NCBI RefSeq assembly: GCF_001194135.2
Contig: NC_068983.1
Location: 156,975,280 to 157,016,545 of the forward strand
Reading direction: 5' to 3'
Source of the DNA: Octopus bimaculoides
Taxonomy: Eukaryota
Length of the DNA: 41,266 bases
A model generated the notes under the pieces. It ran no database searches and was not told where the DNA came from. It worked only from the letters and a program-made list of their open reading frames with translations. This document shows, in pieces, positions 11,276 to 23,469 of the stretch. Numbering within the stretch: the stretch's first letter is position 1; each line of letters starts with the position of its first letter. The translations under genes were made by a program, and so were the position numbers.

Positions 11276-12312
11276 TCTCCCAGTAAAGTGTATTATAGCC
11301 GGACTAAAGAATAAGTAATTAAGCATAATAGAATGACAATTTGCTTGGATTTGGACCATTAACTTGGATTTTTTTCTTTTTTGTACAATCTTCAAAGGAC
11401 TTAATCTATTGATTGGTTCTTTAGTCTGAGAAAATGAATAAACTATTATTTAATTACCGCTCTTGACTTTCTGGGTTCAAATTTCACTCATGTTAACTCC
11501 AACTCTCTTCCTTCCAGAGTTGATAATTCCTGAGTCAATTTAATTCTTTGCGTAAGGATGTTAATTATCCACCGAAAAATAAAATTGTTATTTTCTCCTG
11601 AAATCATTTTTCAGGTACATTTTTCATGTCCTCCACTAAGAGTATTTGATTCTTTCTCTGCAAAGTTATATTTGATTAAAAATGTGCACAATAAAGAAAA
11701 TCTAAAACAAAACTGTATTTTGTAAAGAAAAAAATATTACTGGAGGTGTCTCTGCTTCACGCAGCAAAAGGGGAGATTTTCTTCACAGCTGTAGAGTAAA
11801 ACCACTTTATGCAGCGAACGATAATCATTCAACCACGGTAATGGTTGAATATATTCTTAAGTCCACCATTTCGTTAATCGCAGCAGCTTCCAAGCTTCAC
11901 CACTCATTCAGTTCTCAATTCAGTTTTCTAATTCAGTTCTCTTAATAGTTTTAAAGGGGACACCTCTTCAGCTACACTTTGGCATAAATAGTTTGAGATT
12001 TGGTTCAGTAGAAAAAATTAACATCAAAATATCTGCGACATCAAGGGTGGCGGGGCAGTAAGGCAAATATTCATTTTTAATTAACAAATTTTTTTTTAAT
12101 TTTAAATTAAAAGTTTAACTTTCTTAGGCTTAAACGATAGAAAAATGCATGAGGAATTCAGAATCGCTAGTCGCATTGAAGAAAAATTAGTAGAAAAACA
12201 GTTATGAGGTAAAATGTTACGAAATGTCATGTCAGGAAGTAAGGAAGGGAGATAATAACGCTTAAGCAATAAGAATAAAGAATATATTTCTAAAATGAAT
12301 TGTTGCTTTACA

Positions 12313-12745
12313 AAGCGGCGACCTGGCAGAAACGTTATCGCGCCGGACAAGATACTCAGCGGTATTTCGTCTGTCTTTGGGTTCAAATTTCGCAGAAATC
12401 GACTTTGTTGTACAGATTATTTAATTAATCTTCTTTTAACTAAACATTTTCAAACTTCCGATACTGATAGCATATGTCACATAGAACAGGGTTTATCCTT
12501 AACGATTTTGACAAAATTTTGTATTTTAGAAGCTGTATGTCGTCTGTCTTTACGTTCTGAGTTCAAATTCCACCGAGGTCGACTTTGCCTTTCATCCATT
12601 TCGGATCTATTCAATTAGACGTACAGATTATTTAATTATATTTTTTTTAACTAAACACTTTCAAACTTCCTATATTAGTAGAATGTGTCGCATAGAACAG
12701 GGTTTACTCTTAACGTTTTTGACAAAATTTTGTATTTTTTAAATT
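12313..12745 (+). repeat. SINE family C fragments within a local ~210-bp tandem duplication
   Basis: SINE head at 12313-12405 and a second SINE piece at ~12530-12605. Each is followed by the same ~120-bp segment (GTACAGATTATTTAATTA...TTTTGACAAAATTTTGTATTTT) at ~12411-12528 and ~12620-12740. Confidence 0.85.
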
Positions 12746-13657
12746 ATTTCGTCAGAAGTTACAGAGTGAGAATGGACAAATTTGTGTTTGATAAGTGCCA
12801 ATACACAGAACTCTCAGCTTTTGACTTACTATCTAACTTCTGCTGATAATATATGAACATATTACATATATGTGTAAAAAAAAATCTCATCACGCAATCG
12901 AACCAATGAAAGAGCCTCTACCTGGTCGCTCGACACGCTAAAAATAGTAGCCAAAGTATCTCCTTNNNNNNNNNNGACACGCTAAAAATAGTAGCCAAAG
13001 TATCTCCTTACCTAAATCACACGCCCATTGTATGTAATGTCCTAGATTATCCCTAAAAAGACGGTTTGCTGAAGGCTGAAATGTCTTTGATGATACGTTT
13101 GCAGTATCAGGTTTTATTTGAGGCTAAATAACAACATTATGGTCTATTTCTATATTAACACCCGCACGATTTTCACTAAAAGAAAAAAAAATTATTTTTT
13201 GAGTGGAATCAAGTACCCTGACCTTCTAATATGCTGCAAATCCCTTATTTTGGTTCGGAAAAAATGAGGTGGGGGGTTCCCCCCAATCCCGGAAACATTG
13301 GAATTTTTTTTTCGTTGAATGAATTCCTGTGACCTCCTAATATTGCAAAATTAGGTTACTTAAGCTAAGCCTGGTAACTGTTTTGGGGTTTTGTTGTTTG
13401 TAACTTTTGGTGAGCTATTGAGCAACCAACAACATGGTAAAAATCCTTGCCAATAATTTGGTGTAGATGGGTAATATCAAAAAATTCAATCACAACATTA
13501 TTTAAATTAAACACGAAAATAATTGAAATATTATTATCATTTACATGGAAAAATTGAAATATTATCTTTCAGTAGTTTATAAAGTAAAATCTTAAATTAT
13601 TAATTGACGCATCATTAATTATCTTATAACAGTAATGCCTGGCAAAATTATGGATTA

Positions 13658-14162
13658 CATGGAAAAATGCGAGCATGAAAAGTAATATTCTTAAGATTAT
13701 AAACCTGGAAAAGTACAGGACAAATCATTACACCTGTAAAAGTATAGGACAAACTATTACTTCTAGTAAAGTAAAGAATAAGAAACATTTTACTTAAAAT
13801 ATTGCAGCTAAAATAAAAATTTGAATATTTAAACTTATTTTATTATAATTTAGAAATAACACTATAGTAGAATTTGGCTTATTTACTATCTAAAATACAG
13901 AAAAAAGTGACTAATTAGACAAACTTACAAATTTACTGAACAGTTTTGTACACTACATTTAAAAGATGAGAACTGTAAAGAAGTGATAAATTAGAAGAAC
14001 TGTTATTCTTTGCTGCAATATTTTAAGTAAAAAGTTTCTTATTTTTTACTTTACTAGAAGTAATAGCTTGTTTTATACTTTTACAGGTGTAATAACTTGT
14101 CCTGTACTTTTCCGAGTTTATAATCTTAAGAATGTCACTTTTCATGCTCGCATTTTTCCATG
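13658..14162. mobile_element. MITE / non-autonomous DNA transposon with 151-bp TIRs and TA target duplication (Tc1/mariner type)
   Basis: TA|CATGGAAAAATGCGAGCATGAAAAG... (13658-13808) is the near-perfect reverse complement of 14012-14162 (...CTTTTCATGCTCGCATTTTTCCATG|TA). The AT-rich interior has no recognisable coding remnant. Confidence 0.9.
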
Positions 14163-14344
14163 TAATAATATTTTGAGCAGATGTATTCACTTTCCGCATT
14201 CAAAGGTTTAATGGTACTTCCTATTAAGAATCCCAGACGTGAACATAATTAGAAAACGTGCTTTAGAAACTACACAGATTTATTTCAACACTCACTGACA
14301 GAGAATAAGTAATTGTGTTTGACTTAAACAGTGTTATCACTTAC

Positions 14345-14463
14345 CAAAACTGCCACGCAGCTTTCTAACGAAGTAGTTATTAAGCGTTCGCGTGTAAGGA
14401 ATATCAGTCGGATCTGCCATAAATCACACTCTGTCATCAAAGAGGAATGACAGGCTTAATACA
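14345..14463 (-). CDS. candidate 119-nt exon with probable start codon (ATG at 14420-14418), encoding MADPTDIPYTRTLNNYFVRKLRGSF
   Basis: Strong acceptor ccgttttatttttccAG| and consensus donor TTG|GTAAGT. Open from the ATG to the donor (25 codons + 1 nt), with an in-frame TGA two codons upstream of the ATG. Not a recognised repeat; protein not recognised. Confidence 0.5.
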
Positions 14464-14755
14464 CTGGAAAAATAAAACGGGAGTATCATGACGAAATTCT
14501 TTTTCTCAATGATTTGCTAACTTAAGTTTGACTTCGAGTCGAACGAAACTGAACCATAGACAATTATTTGGTGAAAAAAGCGTTACATCCACGACCTCAC
14601 GTCGTTCTTATGTCTACATTGTCTCTCACTTTTTGAAAAATAGTATTGTATATACTATTTTTTGCATGTAGAGCTACTGCTTTCTCTTCCTCCCTTTATG
14701 TTTCCCCTTTTCTTTTGTTCTCTATCTTCCTCACACTATATTCTCTCTCTCTCTG

Positions 14756-14835
<80 letters not shown>

Positions 14836-14840
14836 TCTCT

Positions 14841-15290
14841 TCTGTCAACTGTAAACATAACAGGTTGGATATTGTTGTTTGAGAAAGACAAGAAAAAGTA
14901 TGCACTGTCATTGAGGTCAGCTTCCCTGCTGATATGAATATCTCTTCGAAAATGAAAGAGAAAAAGGATGACTATGAACAACTGCTTCGAAACCTACAGG
15001 TTTTACAACCAGATCATAAATTCACATTTATACCAATTGGTGCACGTAGTTTTGTGAGTAAAGGCCTAAGTGACAATCTGGAAAAGTTTTCGGAAAGAGA
15101 AATCAAACAGCTCACTTTACAAATGCAATTTGTACGTGGAACAGTACAAATACACAAGACTTTCCTCAAGTTTAAAATGTGAGATTATTTTGGTTATCTA
15201 CATTCGAAAGATGGAGCATTGTATCTTGGCTACAAACAAGTCACTTCCTTACAGGAAGATTTCAAATAATTTAAAACAGAAAAGGAAATA
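14841..15290 (+). mobile_element. 5'-truncated RLE-type non-LTR retrotransposon 3' end (restriction-like endonuclease domain plus 3'UTR) ending in (ACAT)n
   Basis: One frame 14841-15182 reads CKHNRLDIVV*ERQEKVCTVIEVSFPADMNISSKMKEKKDDY...FTFIPIGA...GTVQIHKTFLKFKM*, the PD-(D/E)xK RLE pattern with a single internal TGA. Confidence 0.85.
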
Positions 15291-15334
15291 CATACATACG
15301 TACATACATACATACATACATACATACATACATT

Positions 15335-15505
15335 TGAATTTGTCTGTGTTGACTACATCCTAAAGATGAAGCCTTGTATCTTTGTTGGAAACCGATTCCC
15401 TCTTCAGTGGAAGATTTATAATTATTAAAAAATAGAAGAGACACATACATACATACATACATACATACATACATACATACATACATACATACATACATAC
15501 ATACA
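15335..15505 (+). mobile_element. second, diverged 3'UTR-only copy of the 14841-15290 family plus (ACAT)n tail
   Basis: AAAGATGAAGCCTTGTATCTT...GGAAGATTTATAATTATTAAAAAATAGAAGAGA aligns with AAAGATGGAGCATTGTATCTT...GGAAGATTTCAAATAATTTAAAACAGAAAAGGA. Confidence 0.7.
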
Positions 15506-15587
15506 TGGTGAATAGTGCATCCTTAGGCATTAAGAGTACAGATGCACTGTCTCCTTCAAATGGTCTCCCGTGTTGAAGAAAACATAC

Positions 15588-15701
15588 CAGAATAGGTTAA
15601 CATCATAACTAGCTCTTAGATACCCTCGGCACTTTGACGAGCGATGTGGCCTAGGAGACAACTGGAGTATTACGTCCGCTTCCGTTAATCCTACACCTTC
15701 C
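15588..15701 (-). CDS. candidate 114-nt symmetric (phase 2-2) exon
   Basis: Acceptor cttcttcacttatgacaacAG|G and donor CTG|GTATGT. Only one frame is open: EGVGLTEADVILQLSPRPHRSSKCRGYLRASYDVNLF. Could be 5'UTR rather than coding. Confidence 0.35.
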
Positions 15702-16930
15702 CTGTTGTCATAAGTGAAGAAGTTACAGAAGTATCGGTATTTCATGCTCACAGACACGCTTGATATCCTGACCGCCATAACGAAATATCTGACGTTTATT
15801 TTCGTTTCTAACAGGCTTCAGAACTGATTTATGACTGCGGCAGTTGTGGAAGGTGACAGTGGAAAAGTAGAAAGTGACTGCGTATAAATTCTAAGACTGG
15901 CCAACAACCAAAAGCAGAAAAAAATTGTTGCAAACCACAAACACTGCATGTTTCAAATGAGAGTCACTTTTTGCTATTTGCATTTAGATTCACACACACT
16001 CACATTTGTATTTGTGTGTGTGTGTGTGTTTGTGTATGTGTGTGTTTATTTCTTTGACTTGCATGCTCCGATACACGAAAAACCTGAAAAATGTATTGAT
16101 CTGTTATAATAGTATGAGATTCGGAGTGAATTTCCATTGTATTGAACAGCATTGTAACTGATTGTTTATTTGGATCTTTTTTCTGGAGATATGGGTGCTT
16201 AAGTATCTATGGCAAGTCGGCCCAAACTCGGCGGCTCTGTGATCAAGGATATTCTAGCAAAGAAGAAACTGTCTTTTGTGATAGAAATAGTGATCCAAGT
16301 ACATTGTTATCCTGTGTACTTTCGTTTTGGTGGGGGAAAAGGCTCATTTGAATTTGGTGTCTATTTCTAGTTTCCTGAGTAACTATATATCAACCCCCTC
16401 ATTAACACTAGAATCCTAAGTTTAATCAACTCGTGATTAAAGGTTATACGAAGGCGATGAAACCAAACTCTGCAAAATGCATACTGTTGCACACTCCAAC
16501 ATTTTCTATCACACTACGGACGTTTAGATGAGCAAATATTGATTGACTTAAGCATGACATTCTAAATTAACACTCTTCGTTGAAGCTTTATAAACTTTCC
16601 AGCTGTGTTTATATTCTAGTAGATGGCGCCATAAGCTACGTGCTAAGTGGGTAAGTAATCCATTATTACAAATATTATTTCATTCATCAATTCTCACATG
16701 TCAAGTAACATCGATTAATTTTAATTAATTAAAAACTACTTTTTATGTATTTCTGTTCTTTTTTCTTCAATGTAATAATTGTTCTGCTTTCCTCTTTGGG
16801 TGTATCGGGATATGAGAATTAAAAGCAAGTACTCACTACACACATAGATACGCAAAGAGCAGTGTGTGTCTGTATCTGTGCCTGTGTATGTATGTGTGTG
16901 TTGTAGATATATAAATATATGTGTGTGTGG

Positions 16931-16984
<54 letters not shown>

Positions 16985-18380
16985 NNNNNNNNNNNNNNNN
17001 NNNNNNNNNNNNNNNNNNNNNNNNNNNNNNNNNNNNNNNNNNNNNNNNNNNNNNNNNNNNNNNNNNNNNNNNNNNNNNNNNNNNNNNNNNNNNNNNNNNN
17101 NNNNNNNNNNNNNNNNNNNNNNNNNNNNNNNNNNNNNNNNNNNNNNNNNNNNNNNNNNNNNNNNNNNNNNNNNNNNNNNNNNNNNNNNNNNNNNNNNNNN
17201 NNNNNNNNNNNNNNNNNNNNNNNNNNNNNNNNNNNNNNNNNNNNNNNNNATATATATATATATATATATATACATACATACATATGTATGTGTGTGTATT
17301 ATGTATCTTTTTCTATTTTAGTTGTTTCAGTCATCGGACTGCGGCCTATATGTGTATGTGTCGATGTGTATATGTATATACATATTTATGTGTGTGTTCA
17401 TGTATGTGAATATGTATTTATGTATGTATGTGTACATGTATATCTATGTGAGCTTCTATGTATGGTTGATAGGAAGTTTTTATAGACTCCTACTGAGATT
17501 ACATACAGATTAACCTTAAATAATGAAAAGGAGACATAGCGTTTTAAATAAGAGCCATCAGGATGTTAAAATAAAAGTTTGCAGCAAAATAAATTATTGG
17601 ATAATTAGTCTGGAGAAAAGTGCTGTCGGTTGAAATGAAGATTGGCCTTATGAGTAACGGGTTTTAAGTATGGGGTTAATACTTAGATAATGAATAGCTA
17701 GGAAGACATAGTAATGCAACTGTATGTGTATGTTATCTATGTATTTATGTACGAACATACACGCGTACGCACATTATATACATATGTGTGCATGGGTGTA
17801 AGTGTGTGTAAGTGTGTGTATATGCAAACATACACATACATGCACGCATCATAGTGCTTACTCCGCTTAATTATATATCGAATAATTGCCTAATTTTCCT
17901 TTTTTTCTGAATTTTGAGTAAAATGTAAGTGAAATGTAGCATAAGATTAAATATTTATTTCATTAGATATGAATAAAATGAGGTTTCGCTTTCCTGATGA
18001 ATCAAGAAGAACAGCTCTTAAGAGAGTCAGGTGTGTTCAAACTTTTCTTACCATTTCGTTGAATGAAAGAATCTGAATTACACCGGATTCTGAATGAATA
18101 TCCAGATTCCGTTAATGGAGGAGTTCTATCATATTTTTCATATTTCTCGTTAAATAATGAATTTTCTTTTTCTATAAATATATTTCTATGATGGATAAAT
18201 TAGGACTACATGATAGAGCTAGCCAAGGCTACCTAACTGCCACAAAAGTCTTCACAGACAAACTTCAATTTCTGATCCACAGGCGCACACCCTCCCCTCT
18301 CTGCCTTTTTTTCTGCAGTTATAAAGTTATAAAAGCCTCTGCTGTTCCGAGCAGTGTCAATGTATTCTGTTGAGGCATCT

Positions 18381-18518
18381 AAAAGAATTCCAACTCTGTT
18401 TTTTATGTTTTATTTATATTCTTATAAAATTAGTGTGGGATATAGAATATGGAATATATAGTATATATATAGTAAAATTAAATAAATAAAACATAAAAAA
18501 CAGAGTTGGAATTCTTTT
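18381..18518. repeat. fold-back with perfect 37-bp arms and 64-bp spacer
   Basis: 18381-18417 AAAAGAATTCCAACTCTGTTTTTTATGTTTTATTTAT is the exact reverse complement of 18482-18518. Confidence 0.95.
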
Positions 18519-19380
18519 GAATAATATATTCCTCTATACACTATCATACAACCCCCTTTTTTATTTTTATTTATNNNNNNNNNNNNNNNNNNNNNNNNNN
18601 NNNNNNNNNNNNNNNNNNNNNNNNNNNNNNNNNNNNNNNNNNNNNNNNNNNNNNNNNNNNNNNNNNNNNNNNNNNNNNNNNNNNNNNNNNNNNNNNNNNN
18701 NNNNNNNNNNNNNNNNNNNNNNNNNNNNNNNNNNNNNNNNNNNNNNNNNNNNNNNNNNNNNNNNNNNNNNNNNNNNNNNNNNNNNNNNNNNNNNNNNNNN
18801 NNNNNNNNNNNNNNNNNNNNNNNNNNNNNNNNNNNNNNNNNNNNNNNNNNNNNNNNNNNNNNNNNNNNNNNNNNNNNNNNNNNNNNNNNNNNNNNNNNNN
18901 NNNNNNNNNNNNNNNNNNNNNNNNNNNNNNNNNNNNNNNNNNNNNNNNNNNNNNNNNNNNNNNNNNNNNNNNNNNNNNNNNNNNNNNNNNNNNNNNNNNN
19001 NNNNNNNNNNNNNNNNNNNNNNNNNNNNNNNNNNNNNNNNNNNNNNNNNNNNNNNNNNNNNNNNNNNNNNNNNNNNNNNNNNNNNNNNNNNNNNNNNNNN
19101 NNNNNNNNNNNNNNNNNNNNNNNNNNNNNNNNNNNNNNNNNNNNNNNNNNNNNNNNNNNNNNNNNNNNNNNNNNNNNNNNNNNNNNNNNNNNNNNNNNNN
19201 NNNNNNNNNNNNNNNNNNNNNNNNNNNNNNNNNNNNNNNNNNNNNNNNNNNNNNNNNNNNNNNNNNNNNNNNNNNNNNNNNNNNNNNNNNNNNNNNNNNN
19301 NNNNNNNNNNNNNNNNNNNNNNNNNNNNNNNNNNNNNNNNNNNNNNNNNNNNNNNNNNNNNNNNNNNNNNNNNNNNNNNN

Positions 19381-19414
<34 letters not shown>

Positions 19415-19779
19415 TGTATGTACGCCAACAAACCACTCTTGTTCCTGAAAGTTGTTTTTTTATGTACAAATAGAGAAATAGTCAGAATGCAGTGTTAAAA
19501 CAAAGCAAAGTCGGCTAAAGTAGTAACCGAAACCAAGCCAAAACAAAACTCATCCATGCTAACGGCCATACACATCAATATGGATGTTTATAGATATTAA
19601 TAATGGTGGGGATGGAAAACTATTAGTTAGAAGATGAATCAAGAACGTGAAATATTTTATGAGTGGACTAACGGAAAAATTATACGTAAACATACTAGCT
19701 GCTACAGTCTGACGTACAGATAGACTATTGTTAGCGGTGCGAGAAGAAGGTCGTATTGTAAAATTTCATCGACTTCAAT

Positions 19780-21110
19780 TTTTCTGAGAATGCTTTTCTC
19801 AAAATGGAGCGTTCTATAACGGAAAACTCGTAACTCTCCTTTTTCCAAGTTTACCGCCTTTCCATACTTTAAAATCATTATTAATCAAAAGATTCATTTT
19901 CCACCGTTATTGAATTTGGTTTTAATAACAATGTAACACTCTATTAAATTTATTTGAAGAGGATATTTATAAATTTATGAAAACAATAAAATTCAGAGAA
20001 TTCCATAACATATTTCAAAAGGACATATCTAAAATTAGACTATTTGTTCATCAATTCAAATAAAACCAAAAATATTTACCAAATACATCATAAGACTTAC
20101 AACAACTTTATCGCCTGTTCTATTTACAAAGCTACAGGAGAAATTATTGTAACTTGTTAAATATCATCAAGAAAATGGGTAAAAAGATAACTTCCAAGTT
20201 ACTCACCGATGACCACAAGGAACTCCTTTCGAGAAAGAACCCCTTCTTTACGTACAAGCTTCATAAGACGGATTTCGACCGCAAACTGACAATCAAACTG
20301 ATCAGTACTATTAGATCGATATATGACTGATCGATAAACATATCTTTGGTGTATATAATATTCTAAGTAGAAAAGGGTTCACGTTTACCTTCAGGAAATT
20401 GTACATTAAACGGTTTAAAGCATTCTCCAATAGAAGCAGATGCAAATTTTCACAGTGTGTCATTTGCCATTGTTATACATCAACCATTCTAACCGTATTG
20501 ATTAATGCAGTCAAATACGTTAAATCGATCAGACTTCACAGAGAAAGAAATTGAAATCATTATACCCGATCGAAAAATGGTTCCTGAATATAACAAAACT
20601 TTTTCCAACAATGAAAAATACAATGATTCTTGTAACCTTAGTATTAGTACCCAGAACTCCACGTGGAAAGCAGTAGTTCCATTGGTCTCTACAAACAACA
20701 CAAAATCTGGAATCATATTTTGTGTTTATTGAAACGACCAGCAGTTAATTGTAAATACCTTCAACTTACGTGCCACCGATGTCTTTAGCAAAATCTTTCA
20801 TATATCTTTTAAAGATTTGCTTTCCGAACAACCATCGAAGCTCATCTCACAAAAGCAAAGGCATGAGACAATACCTTCAACATTCACATTCACCATTCCA
20901 TTATTACTCATCATAGCTTGAACCTGATAAAACGCTAAATCATATCCATAGATATCCTAACCGTTCCCAGACATATTACAATATGCCTTCTCCTGAACAT
21001 GTTTCTTACTCTTTCGCAAATTAGCTAAATAACAGATTAACAGACTAGCTAATTAACAGATTGTTCACAACATATCCTACAAATACATTTCAGCCTTCGT
21101 CAGAAAATAA
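19780..21110 (+). pseudogene. highly decayed Penelope-like element (PLE) reverse transcriptase region
   Basis: Fragmentary translations FEEDIYKFMKTIKFREFHNIFQKDISKIRL, NKTKNIYQIHHKTYNNFI, TDDHKELLSRKNP, DFTEKEIEIIIPDRK and PDKTLNHIHRYPNRSQ are colinear with PLE RT motifs (F.NDL...IKFR, DKT.NIY, TLKDHK.NF..NP, EIEII..RKS, YI...SNHP) as I know them. Confidence 0.65.
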
Positions 21111-21123
21111 AAATTTAGTACAC

Positions 21124-21640
21124 AGCGCTGGCGTGGCTGTGTGGTAAGAAGCTTGCTTCTCAACCACAAGGTACCGGGTTCAATCCCACTAGTGGAACCA
21201 AGGGAAAGTGCCTTCAATTATAGACTCGGCCGACCAAAGCCTTGTGAGTGGATTTGAAAGACAGGAACTGAAAGAAGCCCGTCGTATTTATATATATAAT
21301 AATAATAATATTAGGGATAAAAATCCAAATTTACAGGAAAAAACTCAATTAAAGTCAATTTATTAAAAATTAAAATTAAATTAAGTTTCACAGTATAAAA
21401 TATATAGTTTTAGAGCAAAGAACCAAAGTTCATGAACTCATCCATGAAAATCCACAGTCACATATAGAAAAATGTTGGTACGTTTACGTCCCCCTAGCTT
21501 AGCTGTTAGAGACCGATAGAATAAGTAGTAGGATTACAAAGAATAAGTCCTGCCGATTTCTTCGACTAAAACCCTTTAAGGCGGTGCTCCAGCATGGCTG
21601 CAGTCAAATGACTGAAGCAATTAAAAGAATGAAAGAATAA
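21124..21640 (+). mobile_element. SINE family B, near full length, with a ~170-bp AT-rich insert in its internal microsatellite
   Basis: tRNA-like head GCGTGGCTGTGTGGTAAGAAGCTTGC...GGGTTCAATCCC, core CCGACCAAAGCCTTGTGAGTGGATTTG...GAAGCCCGTCGTA, insert ~21301-21472, then the 3' half ending GCGGTGCTCCAGCATGGCTGCAGTCAAATGACTGAA. Confidence 0.9.
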
Positions 21641-22279
21641 AATAACACAATTTCTCTCTCGCTTCAATGAAAACAAAACCAGAAAAAGAAATATAGCACG
21701 GTGCTCAACTCCATTCAGTACCATAGGCATTTATGAGAACAATAATTCCTAGTATCATGGACAGTCGCCATATTGTTTTTGTTAAGACCCCATTACTCAA
21801 CTGTCATCCAGGAGCCATTCTAAACTGCATTTAAACATTTAAGTCGTATAAATTTTACAAGTCACCCATCTTTATGCATCACTAACAATGGCCTACATCT
21901 CTCTATGCGTGCAGATATCAGCTAGTATGCTTACGCATTTTTCTTTCTGTTATTTCAATCATAAAATATTTAATGTTTTTAATTCATCACCTAACTAATA
22001 GTTTTTCACCTTCACCAATATTAACGGTGCCAAATCCATCAAGGTTAACTCCATGCTAATGTGCATGAAAGCTTTGTTTAGTTTTCTTTTAACTTTAATT
22101 AGTTACCATTTTAACCAGCATCCTTCACATTTCATCTTTGCTTTATTCTAACTTGACATTCTGAAGAGTATTAACAAAAGAGTATGACCTTCAGATGAAT
22201 GTGAATTGTGTCAAATACAAAATATCTCCACCGTTGTATACATCATGCACAATCTTTCTACACACGCGCGCGCGCGCAT

Positions 22280-22336
<57 letters not shown>

Positions 22337-22952
22337 NNNNNNNNNNNNNNNNNNNNNNNNNNNNNNNNNNNNNNNNNNNNNNNNNNNNNNNNNNNNNNNN
22401 NNNNNNNNNNNNNNNNNNNNNNNNNNNNNNNNNNNNNNNNNNNNNNNNNNNNNNNNNNNNNNNNNNNNNNNNNNNNNNNNNNNNNNNNNNNNNNNNNNNN
22501 NNNNNNNNNNNNNNNNNNNNNNNNNNNNNNNNNNNNNNNNNNNNNAGTTATTTTATTCCACACGGGTAGAAATATAGGAAAAATAGAAGTTGAAAATGCA
22601 CTCAGAATAGTTTTAAAATGTTTATTAATACATTTAAAGGTTTAACCGGTTTCACACAGTTTGCACTGGTTTTCAAAAAGTTCAGATAGAAAGACGTGGT
22701 TTATGTACCAGGTGTCTTGCTTCTGAATAGTGTTTGGAGCTTGCCCTATTATTATTGGGAGTTCATGGCTCAAATTATTATATGTTTTGAACAATAACCA
22801 TTTGGAGGAGGCGTCCTCTTGGGCTAAAAAAAACGGTAGTAACATTGGTTCTTACGGAACAGCCATGTTGAAGTACCGACAAACATTACTTCTCGGTATA
22901 GTTACTACTTTCATCTCTTATAGTTATTTTCTAACTAGCTACTTTGCTTGTA

Positions 22953-23014
<62 letters not shown>

Positions 23015-23469
23015 CATTTCGGAAAAAGAATTTTATAATAGCTTATATTGATGTAAATTAGTCACGTTATTTGAAAACTCAAAACATGGGACATTTCCAT
23101 AACATTGTTTCATGATACTTGGGAGGCCGTAAATATTTCAATTAAATATTTGATAAGAATATAGTAATAGTTTAAACTAAAACCTCAACTCAAAAAATTA
23201 TCGATGTATTACACTAAATTATTTGAGATAAAATTGGAAAGAACTACACACTACCATTAAACGGAAAAGTTCAAGTTGTTCCGACGGATGGAGTCAGCCA
23301 TCACAGAATTCTCAAATGAATACGAATCTCTGTTGATTGATATGCAGCTATTAAATGTCCTTGAATAAATCTATATTTGATATTATGTAACTTTCAAAAC
23401 AGATATGATGTTTAAGATTGTTCACTAAAATCTCAATGTTATAAATTTCAACCAATCAACTATCTTTCA

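Noticed and set aside
12932-13009. 34-bp direct repeat around a 10-N gap
   Set aside because: Identical sequence on both sides of a minimal gap indicates unmerged contig overlap, an assembly artefact.
15515-15547. GTGCATC/GATGCAC stem after (ACAT)n as an HDV-like ribozyme at a retroelement 5' end
   Set aside because: No P3/L3 consensus, no P1.1 GG and no P2 partner on either strand.
16618-16656. AGATGGCGCC followed by GTAAGT as a plus-strand promoter or first exon
   Set aside because: Two short motifs only; the ATG is closed after three codons and there is no supporting context.
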